Shown here one piece after another: positions 1 to 10,119 of a DNA stretch of 32,000 bases. This DNA comes from Candidatus Karelsulcia muelleri PSPU. GTDB lineage: Bacteria > Bacteroidota > Bacteroidia > Flavobacteriales > Blattabacteriaceae. The DNA lies in the NCBI RefSeq assembly GCF_000829155.1, contig NZ_AP013293.1, forward strand, positions 210,001 to 242,000. The letters are read 5' to 3'. The position numbers and the translations under genes were made by a program. The notes beneath the pieces were generated by a model that was given only the letters and a program-made list of their open reading frames with translations, searched no databases and was not told where the DNA came from. How positions within the stretch are numbered: the stretch's first letter is position 1; each line of letters opens with the position of its first letter.

Positions 1-67
1 ACCAGCAAATCTTAATAAGATACTACCACCTCAAGGTAGCGTGTATACCAATTTCACCACGTGAGTC
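1..67 (-). tRNA. tRNA-Leu(GAG), 5' two-thirds only; the 3' part is cut by the window edge
   Basis: The reverse complement reads GACTCAC-GT-GGTG..AAATTGGTATA..CAC-GCTACC-TTGAGGT-GGTAGT followed by a long variable arm ATCTTATTAAGAT. The anticodon stem CTACC/GGTAG carries a 7-nt loop TTGAGGT, giving anticodon GAG. The long variable arm and overall layout match type II Leu tRNAs. Confidence 0.8.
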
Positions 68-108
68 TTTAAAAGACAATATTCATAATCTACTATTAAA
101 TAATATTA

Positions 109-486
109 TTAACTTATTAATAATTTACTTAATATTTGAATTTTATTTTTCCACCACATTTTAGATTCTTCTATTTCATTTTTTTTAGCAAAATCTGTTA
201 TAATAAGGTAAATATTTTTTGTTAATTTTTCTTTTTCAAGAAAAAATTCAAAATAATAGATCTTATCAAGATCTTGTTCCCATCTATATCTTACAGATTT
301 ATATGGTATTTTTTTTATTAAAAAACATGTTTCTTCATATCCGTTCCAAGTAAAAATATATCTATTACTTAGATAAATAACATTGTCAGCAAACCATTCT
401 GTCATATTTGAAGGTGCAGAAATATAATTATATAATATCTTTATAGAAGAATTCATTCTAAATTCAAAGTTTATTTTTTCACGCAT
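109..486 (-). CDS. START-like / SRPBCC-fold domain protein (conserved Bacteroidota hypothetical)
   Basis: 125-aa ORF. The segments LYNYISAPSNMTEWFADNV, FTWNG, VRYRW and IITDFAKKNEIEESKMWW resemble, from memory, a small START-like family common in Flavobacteriia. Function is unknown. Confidence 0.5.
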   Translation of the reverse strand: MREKINFEFRMNSSIKILYNYISAPSNMTEWFADNVIYLSNRYIFTWNGYEETCFLIKKIPYKSVRYRWEQDLDKIYYFEFFLEKEKLTKNIYLIITDFAKKNEIEESKMWWKNKIQILSKLLIS

Positions 487-539
487 TTTTTTTATCTGTT
501 TTAATTTATTATTATAATAATAATAAATTTTAAAAAAAA

Positions 540-613
540 GGCGTGATAGCTCATTTGGTTAGAGCGTCGGATTCATAACCCGGAGGTTGGGGGTTCAATT
601 CCCCCTCACGCTA
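540..613 (+). tRNA. tRNA with CAT anticodon (Met family; initiator, elongator or Ile2 not resolved)
   Basis: Cloverleaf: acceptor GGCGTGA/TCACGCT (G1-U72 wobble), D arm GCTC-ATTTGGTT-AGAGC (stem GCTC/GAGC), anticodon arm TCGGA-TTCATAA-CCCGG (anticodon CAT), T arm GGGGG-TTCAATT-CCCCC, discriminator A. No CCA is encoded; CAT follows. Confidence 0.9.
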
Positions 614-636
614 CATTTTACATATAGAATAATTTA

Positions 637-1977
637 ATGAATTATAAAAATATCATAAAAAATTTTTTATATTTTTTTAAAAAAAAAAATCATAAAATTA
701 TTTATTCTGCTTCACTTTTAGCAAAAAATGATACAACTTTAATGTTTACTAATGCTGGAATGAATAGATTTAAAAACTATTTTATTTGTTATAAACATCC
801 AAAATTTTTAAGAATTACGAATATTCAAAAATGTCTTAGAATTACAGGAAAACATAATGATTTATATGATGTAGGAAAGGATAAATATCATCATACTATG
901 TTTGAAATGTTAGGAAATTGGTCATTTGGTGATTATTTTAAAAAAAAAGCTATAAAATGGGCTTGGGAGTTATTAACAAAAATTTATAAAATAAAAAAAT
1001 ACAATATTTATGTTACTATTTTTAGTGGAGATAAAAAAAAAAATTTACCTTTTGATATAGAATCATATAAATTTTGGAAAAAAATAATAGATGAAAATCA
1101 AATTATTTTTTTTGATAAAAAAAATAATTTTTGGGAAATGGGGGAAACAGGTCCATGTGGATATAGTTCAGAAATTCATATAGATATTAGAAATGAAAAA
1201 GAAAAAAATAAAATATCTGGAAAAAAATTAATTAATAAAGGCCATCCTTTAGTAATTGAATTATGGAATTTAGTTTTTATAGAATATTTTAGGAAAAAAA
1301 ATGGTAATCTTGAAAAATTACCGAAATCTCATGTTGATACAGGAATGGGTATAGAAAGATTATGTATGATTTTACAAAAAAAAAAATCTACATATGATAC
1401 TGATATATTTAATATTTTAATTAAAAAAATAGAAAATATTACTGGAATCGTTTATGGGAAATTTTATAAACAGGATATAGCCATTCGTGTATTAGCAGAT
1501 CATATTAGAGCAATTGTATTTGCTATTAAGGATGGGGTAATTCCTTCAAATAAGAAATCAGGATATATAATAAAAAAACTTTTAAGAAGAACTATTATAT
1601 ATTATTATATTTTTTTAAAAAAAAAAAAAAAAATTTTATATAAACTTGTAAAATATGTATTATTACAGAATAATAAATTTCATTACAAAATGAATAATAA
1701 AGAAAAAATTATAAATTTTATAATAAAAAAAGAAGAAATTTTATTTTTTAAAACAATAAGTAAAGTTACTTTTAAAATAAAAAAAAAAATTTTTCTTTTA
1801 AAAAAAGAAGGTAAAAAAAAAATAAATGGAAATATAATATTTAAATTATATGATACATATGGATTACCTTTTGAATTAGCAAATTTTATGGCTATAAAAA
1901 ATAATATGATTATTGATAAATTTTCTTTTGAAAAAGAAATGTTAAAAACAAAACTACGTTCTAAACAAAAGAAATAA
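637..1977 (+). CDS. alaS: Alanine--tRNA ligase, catalytic plus tRNA-recognition core only (no editing or C-Ala domains)
   Basis: Class II AlaRS motifs are present: FTNAGMNRFK, LRITGKHNDLYDVGKDKYHHTMFEMLGNWSFGDYFK, GPCGYSSEIHID, LWNLVFIEYFR, VDTGMGIERL and FKLYDTYGLPFEL. The ORF is only 446 aa. Its TAA stop (1975-1977) overlaps the sucA ATG (1977-1979). Confidence 0.85.
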   Translation: MNYKNIIKNFLYFFKKKNHKIIYSASLLAKNDTTLMFTNAGMNRFKNYFICYKHPKFLRITNIQKCLRITGKHNDLYDVGKDKYHHTMFEMLGNWSFGDYFKKKAIKWAWELLTKIYKIKKYNIYVTIFSGDKKKNLPFDIESYKFWKKIIDENQIIFFDKKNNFWEMGETGPCGYSSEIHIDIRNEKEKNKISGKKLINKGHPLVIELWNLVFIEYFRKKNGNLEKLPKSHVDTGMGIERLCMILQKKKSTYDTDIFNILIKKIENITGIVYGKFYKQDIAIRVLADHIRAIVFAIKDGVIPSNKKSGYIIKKLLRRTIIYYYIFLKKKKKILYKLVKYVLLQNNKFHYKMNNKEKIINFIIKKEEILFFKTISKVTFKIKKKIFLLKKEGKKKINGNIIFKLYDTYGLPFELANFMAIKNNMIIDKFSFEKEMLKTKLRSKQKK

Positions 1978-4700
1978 TGAAATATAAATCTATGGAGAGA
2001 TTTTCTTTCCTAAATACAATAAATTTTAACCAAATAGAAATATTATATAATAAATATTTAAAATCTCCTGATTCAATAGAACATAGTTGGCGTGCTTTTT
2101 TTCAAGGGTTTGATTTTTATAAAAAAAAATATAATATTTTTTTAAAAAAAAAATCAAAAAAAATTTTTAAAGAAATTAATGTGTTAAAATTAATTAATTT
2201 TTATAAAGAAAAAGGTCATTTATTTTCTAATATAAATCCTATATTTGAAAAAAAAATAAAATATGATCCTACATTAGATATAAAAAATTTTAATCTTGAT
2301 AAAGAAGATCTTGATAATTGTTTTTTTTCTTCAAAAGAAATAGGAATATATCCATGTTCTCTTAAAGAAATAATTGGAGTTTTAAAAAAAAAATATTGTG
2401 AATCTATTGGATTAGAATATATGTATATAAATAATATAAAACAAATCAAATGGATTAATAACTGGATTAATAATAATAATAATTATATATTATCTAATAA
2501 TGAAAAAATTAATTTTTTAATAAAATTAAATAAAGCTATAGAATTTGAAAAATTTCTTCATACAAAATTTGTAGGCCAAAAAAGATTTTCAATAGAAGGA
2601 AATGAATCTATTTTACCTGCTTTATATTATATTATTGAATATTCTTCTATTAATTATCCTATAGAGGATTTTGTAATAGGTATGTCACATAGAGGACGTT
2701 TAAATATATTATGTAATTTTTTTAAAAAAGAATGTAAAAAAATTTTTAATGAATTTTTAGGAAAAGAATATTATGAAAATAAATTTTTAGGAGATGTAAA
2801 ATATCATTTAGGATATAAAAGATATATAAAAAATAAAATAGGTAAAAAAATTAATATTATTAATGTACCTAATTCATCTCATTTAGAATCTGTGGATCCT
2901 ATTGTAGAAGGAATTGTTCGTGCTAAAATTGATAATGATTATAATGGTAATTATAATAAAGTTATACCAATTATTATACATGGGGATGCGTCTTTTTCTG
3001 CTCAAGGAATAGCATATGAAGTAATACAAATGTCATTACTTGAAGGATATAAAACTGGTGGAACAATACATATTATAATAAATAATCAAATTGGATTTAC
3101 TACAAATTGCTCAGATTCTCGTTCAAGTATTTATTGTACAGATTTAGCTAAAGTTATTCTTTCTCCAGTTATACATGTTAATTCAGATGATATAGAATCA
3201 GTTATATATTCTATTCGTTTTGCTATAGATTTTCGTATGTATTCGAATAAAGATGTATTTGTAGATTTATTAGGTTATAGAAGATATGGGCATAATGAAG
3301 GAGATGATCCCCGTTTTACTCAACAATTTTTTTATAAAATGATTGATAATCATAAAAATATATATGATATTTATAAAAAAAAACTTAAAAAAAAGAATTT
3401 TTTTTCTAAAAAATTTTTAAAAAAAATTGAAAATAAATATAAAAATATTATTGAAAATGGATATAATGAATCTAAATATATAAAAAAAACTGAATTAGAT
3501 AATTTTATTTCTTATAAAGATGAATTAATTTATGCTAAATATAAATATTTAATAAAAAAAGTAAATACTACTTTTCCAAAAAAAAAATTATTAGAAATAG
3601 GTAATAAAATTTATAATATAAATAAATATCAAAATATTTATAAAAAATTAAAAAAAATATTAATTAATAAATTATTTTTACTTATAAAAAAAAGAATTGT
3701 AGATTGGGGAATAGCGGAATTACTTGCTTATGGATCTTTATTATATGAAGGTTATAATGTAAGATTATCTGGAGAAGATGTAGAAAGAGGAACTTTTGCT
3801 CATAGACATATTGTAATTAATTCAGAATTTGAAGAAAAAATATTATTATTAAATAATATAGGTAAAGGTAAAATAAATGTTTATAATTCCTTATTATCAG
3901 AATATGGAGTTTTAGGTTTTGATTATGGATATTCCATGTTTTCTAACAAAACTTTAACATTATGGGAAGCTCAATTTGGAGATTTTAGTAATGGAGCTCA
4001 AATTATAATAGATCAATATTTATCTTCTGCAGAAACTAAATGGAAAATTAAAAATGGATTAGTTTTACTTTTACCTCATGGATATGAAGGTCAAGGATCA
4101 GAACATTCTTCTTCAAGAATTGAAAGATATTTACAATTATGTGCAAATTATAATATGTTTATATGTAATTGTAGTACTCCATCAAATTTTTATCATCTTT
4201 TAAGAAGACAAATAAAATCTAATTTTAGAAAACCATTAATAATATTTACTCCAAAAAGTTTATTAAGAAATATTAAATGTATTTCCTTATTAAAGGAATT
4301 ATCTAATGGAGAATTTGAAGAAATTATATATGATAAATATATAAAAAAAAAAAATGTAAAAAAAATAATTTTTTGTTCTGGAAAAATTTATTATGATATT
4401 TTAAAAAAAACAAAAAAACTTAATAATAAAAATATTGCGATAATAAGAATTGAACAATTATATCCAATAAAAAATAATTATATTGAAAATATACTAATGC
4501 AGTATAAAAATAAAAAATATATTCTTTGGGTACAAGAAGAACCAGAGAATATGGGAGTATGGCCTTATTTATATATAAAATATAGGAAAATTCCATGGAT
4601 ACTTATTTCACCACCTGAAAGTTCAGCACCTTCTACCGGTTCATATAATAGTTTTTTTAAAAATCATATAGAATTAGTAAATAAAATTTTTACTATATAA
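1977..4700 (+). CDS. sucA: 2-oxoglutarate dehydrogenase E1 component
   Basis: 907 aa with [56 protein letters not shown] and [16 protein letters not shown]. All are characteristic of OGDH E1. Confidence 0.9.
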   Translation: MKYKSMERFSFLNTINFNQIEILYNKYLKSPDSIEHSWRAFFQGFDFYKKKYNIFLKKKSKKIFKEINVLKLINFYKEKGHLFSNINPIFEKKIKYDPTLDIKNFNLDKEDLDNCFFSSKEIGIYPCSLKEIIGVLKKKYCESIGLEYMYINNIKQIKWINNWINNNNNYILSNNEKINFLIKLNKAIEFEKFLHTKFVGQKRFSIEGNESILPALYYIIEYSSINYPIEDFVIGMSHRGRLNILCNFFKKECKKIFNEFLGKEYYENKFLGDVKYHLGYKRYIKNKIGKKINIINVPNSSHLESVDPIVEGIVRAKIDNDYNGNYNKVIPIIIHGDASFSAQGIAYEVIQMSLLEGYKTGGTIHIIINNQIGFTTNCSDSRSSIYCTDLAKVILSPVIHVNSDDIESVIYSIRFAIDFRMYSNKDVFVDLLGYRRYGHNEGDDPRFTQQFFYKMIDNHKNIYDIYKKKLKKKNFFSKKFLKKIENKYKNIIENGYNESKYIKKTELDNFISYKDELIYAKYKYLIKKVNTTFPKKKLLEIGNKIYNINKYQNIYKKLKKILINKLFLLIKKRIVDWGIAELLAYGSLLYEGYNVRLSGEDVERGTFAHRHIVINSEFEEKILLLNNIGKGKINVYNSLLSEYGVLGFDYGYSMFSNKTLTLWEAQFGDFSNGAQIIIDQYLSSAETKWKIKNGLVLLLPHGYEGQGSEHSSSRIERYLQLCANYNMFICNCSTPSNFYHLLRRQIKSNFRKPLIIFTPKSLLRNIKCISLLKELSNGEFEEIIYDKYIKKKNVKKIIFCSGKIYYDILKKTKKLNNKNIAIIRIEQLYPIKNNYIENILMQYKNKKYILWVQEEPENMGVWPYLYIKYRKIPWILISPPESSAPSTGSYNSFFKNHIELVNKIFTI

Positions 4701-4717
4701 TATTAAATTTAAAATTA

Positions 4718-5839
4718 ATGATATTAGAAATAAAAGTTCCTTCTCCAGGAGAATCAATAACAGAAGTTGAAATCTCATCTTGGTTAGTTAAAAATGGTGA
4801 TTTTGTTAAAAAAAATCAAGTTATTGCAGAAATAGATTCAGATAAGGCTACTTTAGAAATCTGTGCAGAAGAAAGTGGCATGTTAATTATAAAAGCGAAA
4901 AAAGGAGATATTTTAAAAGTAGGAGAAATATTATGTTTAATAGATACTTCTTTTTCAAAAGAAAAAAGAAATTTTAGAGCTCCATCAACAATAAAAATAT
5001 TAAATCAATATAAAATTGAGAAAAAAAAAATAATTTCAACTGTTAAAAATAAAAAAGATGATGCTCTTAAAAAAATCCCATCTATGGGAACTAAAAATTT
5101 AATTAATAGATCTTTTGACATAACAAAGTTATCTAAACTTAGACGGAAATTATCAGAAAGACTTGTTTCCGTGAAAAATGAAACAGCTATGCTGACTACT
5201 TTTAACGAAGTAGATATGAGTAATATATTTTTTTTAAGAAAAAAATATAAAAATATTTTTAAAGAAAAACATGGAGTTAAATTAGGCTTCATGTCTTTTT
5301 TTGTAAAATCTTGTATAATAGCGTTAAAAAAATATCCAGATATTAATTCTATGATAGATGGGGAAAATAAAATAAATTTTAAATATTATGATATAAGTAT
5401 TGCAGTATCTGGACCAAAAGGTTTGATGGTCCCAGTTATTAGAAATGCTGATACTCTTTCTTTTAGAGGAATAGAAAAGACTATAAAAAATTTATCTAAT
5501 AGTATAAAAAATTCAACTATATCTATAGATGATATTACTGGAGGTACTTTTACTATAACAAATGGAGGTATTTTTGGATCTATGTTATCTACTCCTATAA
5601 TAAATCCTCCCCAAAGTGCTATATTAGGTATGCATAATATAGTAGAAAGACCTATCGTAAAATTAGGAAAAATAGAAATTAGACCAATTATGTATTTAGC
5701 ATTATCTTATGATCATCGTCTAATAGATGGAAAAGAAGCAGTGGGATTTTTATTATCAATAAAAGAATCAATAGAAAATCCTATTAAAAATTTAATAGGA
5801 TCAGAAGAAAATTTAAAAAATTCTTTTGAATTAAAATAA
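4718..5839 (+). CDS. sucB: Dihydrolipoyllysine-residue succinyltransferase (2-oxoglutarate dehydrogenase E2)
   Basis: The N-terminal lipoyl domain carries [11 protein letters not shown]. The C-terminal acyltransferase catalytic motif is [16 protein letters not shown]. The gene lies immediately downstream of sucA. Confidence 0.9.
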   Translation: MILEIKVPSPGESITEVEISSWLVKNGDFVKKNQVIAEIDSDKATLEICAEESGMLIIKAKKGDILKVGEILCLIDTSFSKEKRNFRAPSTIKILNQYKIEKKKIISTVKNKKDDALKKIPSMGTKNLINRSFDITKLSKLRRKLSERLVSVKNETAMLTTFNEVDMSNIFFLRKKYKNIFKEKHGVKLGFMSFFVKSCIIALKKYPDINSMIDGENKINFKYYDISIAVSGPKGLMVPVIRNADTLSFRGIEKTIKNLSNSIKNSTISIDDITGGTFTITNGGIFGSMLSTPIINPPQSAILGMHNIVERPIVKLGKIEIRPIMYLALSYDHRLIDGKEAVGFLLSIKESIENPIKNLIGSEENLKNSFELK

Positions 5840-5847
5840 AATTATTA

Positions 5848-6618
5848 ATGAATACATGTGAAAAACAATTATTTTTTTATCATGTTAAAGAATTGAGAAA
5901 GAGGGTAGTACGTAGTATTATTAGTATAATAATATGTACATTATATTGTTTTAATAAAAAAAAAATTATATTTGAGAATATTCTTTTTTATCCTGCTAAA
6001 TCTAATTTTATATCTTATCAATTTTTTTATAAAATTGGTCTTTTTTTTAATCCAAAAATTAATATATTACCAAATAATATTTGTATTCAAAATATCCAAT
6101 TATTTGGACAATTTCATATTTATCTTTTGATATCTTTAATAGGTGGAATTATTTTATCTTTTCCATTTATATGTTATGAATTATGGAAGTTTATTAAACC
6201 TGGTCTTTCTAAAAAAGAAAGACAAAATATAAAAAAATTTTTTTTTATATTTTTATCATTATTTATAATAGGTTTATTATTTGGATATTTTATTCTTTCT
6301 CCATTTGCAATACAATTTGCAGATAATTTTTTTATAAGTGAATTACCTAAAAATATTTTTGATTTAAATGATTATGTATCAATAATAATTGAATCGACAT
6401 TATTAATGGGAATAGTTTTTTTATTTCCTATAATTCCATTTTTTTTAAAAAAAATTAATATAATTAAATCAGGTTTGTTAAAAAAATATAGAAAACATGC
6501 ATTTTTAATATTATTTATAATAGCTTCTGCTATTACTACTGGAGATATTATAACAACTATAATTGTATTTATTCCTTTTTATTTATTATTTGAAATAAGT
6601 TTATTAATTATTAATTAA
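5848..6618 (+). CDS. tatC: Twin-arginine translocase subunit TatC
   Basis: 256-aa polytopic membrane protein. It has HVKELRKRVVRS near the N-terminus, YELWKFIKPGLSKKERQ and a C-terminal PFYLLFEIS. These align with E. coli TatC landmarks (ELRKRL, WAFIAPALY..ER, PMYCLFEIG). Confidence 0.8.
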   Translation: MNTCEKQLFFYHVKELRKRVVRSIISIIICTLYCFNKKKIIFENILFYPAKSNFISYQFFYKIGLFFNPKINILPNNICIQNIQLFGQFHIYLLISLIGGIILSFPFICYELWKFIKPGLSKKERQNIKKFFFIFLSLFIIGLLFGYFILSPFAIQFADNFFISELPKNIFDLNDYVSIIIESTLLMGIVFLFPIIPFFLKKINIIKSGLLKKYRKHAFLILFIIASAITTGDIITTIIVFIPFYLLFEISLLIIN

Positions 6619-7053
6619 TTTTTTTTTTTCTCTTTCTATATCTTTTATTTTTATTAATTGACGTTTATCATATTTTTTTTTACTTTTAGCTAGAAAAAAA
6701 ATTAATTTTATATATCCTCTATTATTTAATAGAATTTTAGTAGGAATTATATTGAATTTAAATTCATTTATTTTCTTTTTTATTTTATAAATTTCTTTTT
6801 TTTTAAGAAGAATTTTTTTTATTCTTTTAGAATCAAAATTCTCTCCAAAAGAAGAATTTGATATATACATATCATATACATATATATTATTATTTATTAA
6901 TTTACAATAACTATTATTTATAGATACTTTATTTTGTTTTATTGATTTAACTTCACTTCCTAATAAGACTATTCCAGCTATAAATTTATATTTATTTAAT
7001 AATTCATAATCAAAAAAAGCTTTTTTATTCTTAATATTTAGGTTATATTTCAT
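6604..7053 (-). CDS. smpB: SsrA-binding protein SmpB
   Basis: 149 aa. NKKAFFDYELLNKYKFIAGIVLLGSEVKSIK and a basic C-terminal tail are typical of SmpB. Its 3' end overlaps the tatC 3' end by 15 nt (convergent). Confidence 0.85.
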   Translation of the reverse strand: MKYNLNIKNKKAFFDYELLNKYKFIAGIVLLGSEVKSIKQNKVSINNSYCKLINNNIYVYDMYISNSSFGENFDSKRIKKILLKKKEIYKIKKKINEFKFNIIPTKILLNNRGYIKLIFFLAKSKKKYDKRQLIKIKDIEREKKKLINN

Positions 7054-7147
7054 ATAACTTTATTTATATATTATTTAATAAAAATAAAAAACAATTTTTA
7101 TTAGATAAATTACATTTAATGTCTTATTAAGAAATATAATAATTTAT

Positions 7148-7453
7148 ATGATAAAAATATATATATTTGATATAATATCTGTCTTAAAAGATATATATGA
7201 TCCAGAAATTCCAATAGATATATATGAATTAGGTCTTATATATGATATAAGAATAGAAAATAATAATAATATTCAAATTATTATGACCCTTACTACACCT
7301 AATTGTCCTGTAGCAGATATTTTACCTAATGAAGTAAAATTTAAAATTTTTAATATTAAAAATGTAAAAAATGTAGAAGTAATCCTTACATTTTATCCTA
7401 ATTGGACATATGAAATGATGAGTGAAGTTGCTCGTTTAGAATTAACATTATAA
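7148..7453 (+). CDS. DUF59 / SufT-like Fe-S cluster assembly factor
   Basis: 101 aa with VLKDIYDPEIPIDIYELGLIYDI and TLTTPNCPVA, the conserved Cys of the DUF59/MIP18 family. Confidence 0.75.
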   Translation: MIKIYIFDIISVLKDIYDPEIPIDIYELGLIYDIRIENNNNIQIIMTLTTPNCPVADILPNEVKFKIFNIKNVKNVEVILTFYPNWTYEMMSEVARLELTL

Positions 7454-7535
7454 TTAAATAAATTATTTTAAAAAACAATTTTTAAAAAAAAAAAAAAATA
7501 CTTATATTATTCTTATTAATTAATTTTTAAAGGCC

Positions 7536-7865
7536 ATGGAAATAATTGGTTTAGTAAAAACTATATTTGACATTCAAGTATTGAAAAATGGGTTTAAAAA
7601 AAGAGAAATACTTTTCTTCACAGAAGAACAATACCCACAAAATTTATTAATTGAATTTATTCAAGACAAAATAAAATTATTAGATGCTCTTAAAATAGAA
7701 GATAGAATTAAAATTTTTATTAATTTAAAAGGAAGAAAATGGACTACGCCAAATGGAAGCGTTAAATACTTTAATTCAATTCAAGGATGGAAAATAGAAA
7801 AAATTTTAAATAAAAAAAATATATCTTCATCAGATGGAAATGAATTTGATGATTTCCCTTTTTAA
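7536..7865 (+). CDS. DUF3127-family small protein with an SSB-like acidic C-terminal tip
   Basis: 109 aa. FKKREILFFTEEQYPQNLLIEFIQDK, INLKGRKW and KYFNSIQGWKIE match my recollection of the Bacteroidota DUF3127 family. The C-terminus is EFDDFPF. Confidence 0.6.
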   Translation: MEIIGLVKTIFDIQVLKNGFKKREILFFTEEQYPQNLLIEFIQDKIKLLDALKIEDRIKIFINLKGRKWTTPNGSVKYFNSIQGWKIEKILNKKNISSSDGNEFDDFPF

Positions 7866-7870
7866 AGTAA

Positions 7871-7913
7871 AACCTCCAAAATAAGTTTATATTATTAATT
7901 TATTTTGGGGGTT
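7871..7913. terminator. Probable bidirectional intrinsic terminator hairpin between convergent DUF3127 gene and groEL
   Basis: AACCTCCAAAATAA (7871-7884) pairs with TTATTTTGGGGGTT (7900-7913). This is a 14-bp stem containing 4 G-C and one G-U pair, with a 15-nt loop. It is A/T-flanked on both sides and is the only G/C-containing hairpin I saw in a spacer. Confidence 0.6.
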
Positions 7914-7922
7914 AATTAAAAT

Positions 7923-9867
<1,945 letters not shown>

Positions 9868-10119
9868 ATTTTTTTTTTTTTTTTTTACTTAAAAAAAAAA
9901 TATAATATTTTTAATATGTAATATTATTTATCATTTCATTTGAAATGAAAATTAAAATAATTAATATTAACGCTAATAAAAATATTTTTTTTTTAAGAAA
10001 ATCATTTATTTTTTTTTTTATCAAAACCTAATTATTTGTTTGAATAAAAATAATTATTATTAATAATAAACATATTATAATAAAAAAAAAATCTATTATA
10101 TAATAAATCATTTGATGAA

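Noticed and set aside
2216-2449. 77-aa ORF on the minus strand inside sucA
   Set aside because: It lies entirely antisense to a well-supported conserved gene. The product is low-complexity F/I/S-rich with no recognisable motif. Long spurious antisense ORFs are expected in sequence where stop-complement triplets are depleted.
5005-5292. 95-aa ORF on the minus strand inside sucB
   Set aside because: Same reasoning: it is antisense to a conserved E2 gene, its composition reflects the complement of K/E-rich codons, and it has no motif support.
9934-9950. Perfect 8-1-8 palindrome TTTCATTT-G-AAATGAAA upstream of groES, considered as a heat-shock operator
   Set aside because: It bears no resemblance to CIRCE (TTAGCACTC-N9-GAGTGCTAA). 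No hrcA or other regulator is evident. By a rough estimate, A/T-only 8-bp inverted repeats should occur several times by chance in 32 kb of this composition.
9945-10031. 28-aa ORF (MKIKIININANKNIFFLRKSFIFFFIKT) on the plus strand in the spacer upstream of groES
   Set aside because: It is short and has the composition expected from random A/T sequence. It has no recognisable family and points away from any operon context. It could only be taken seriously with conservation or ribosome-profiling evidence.
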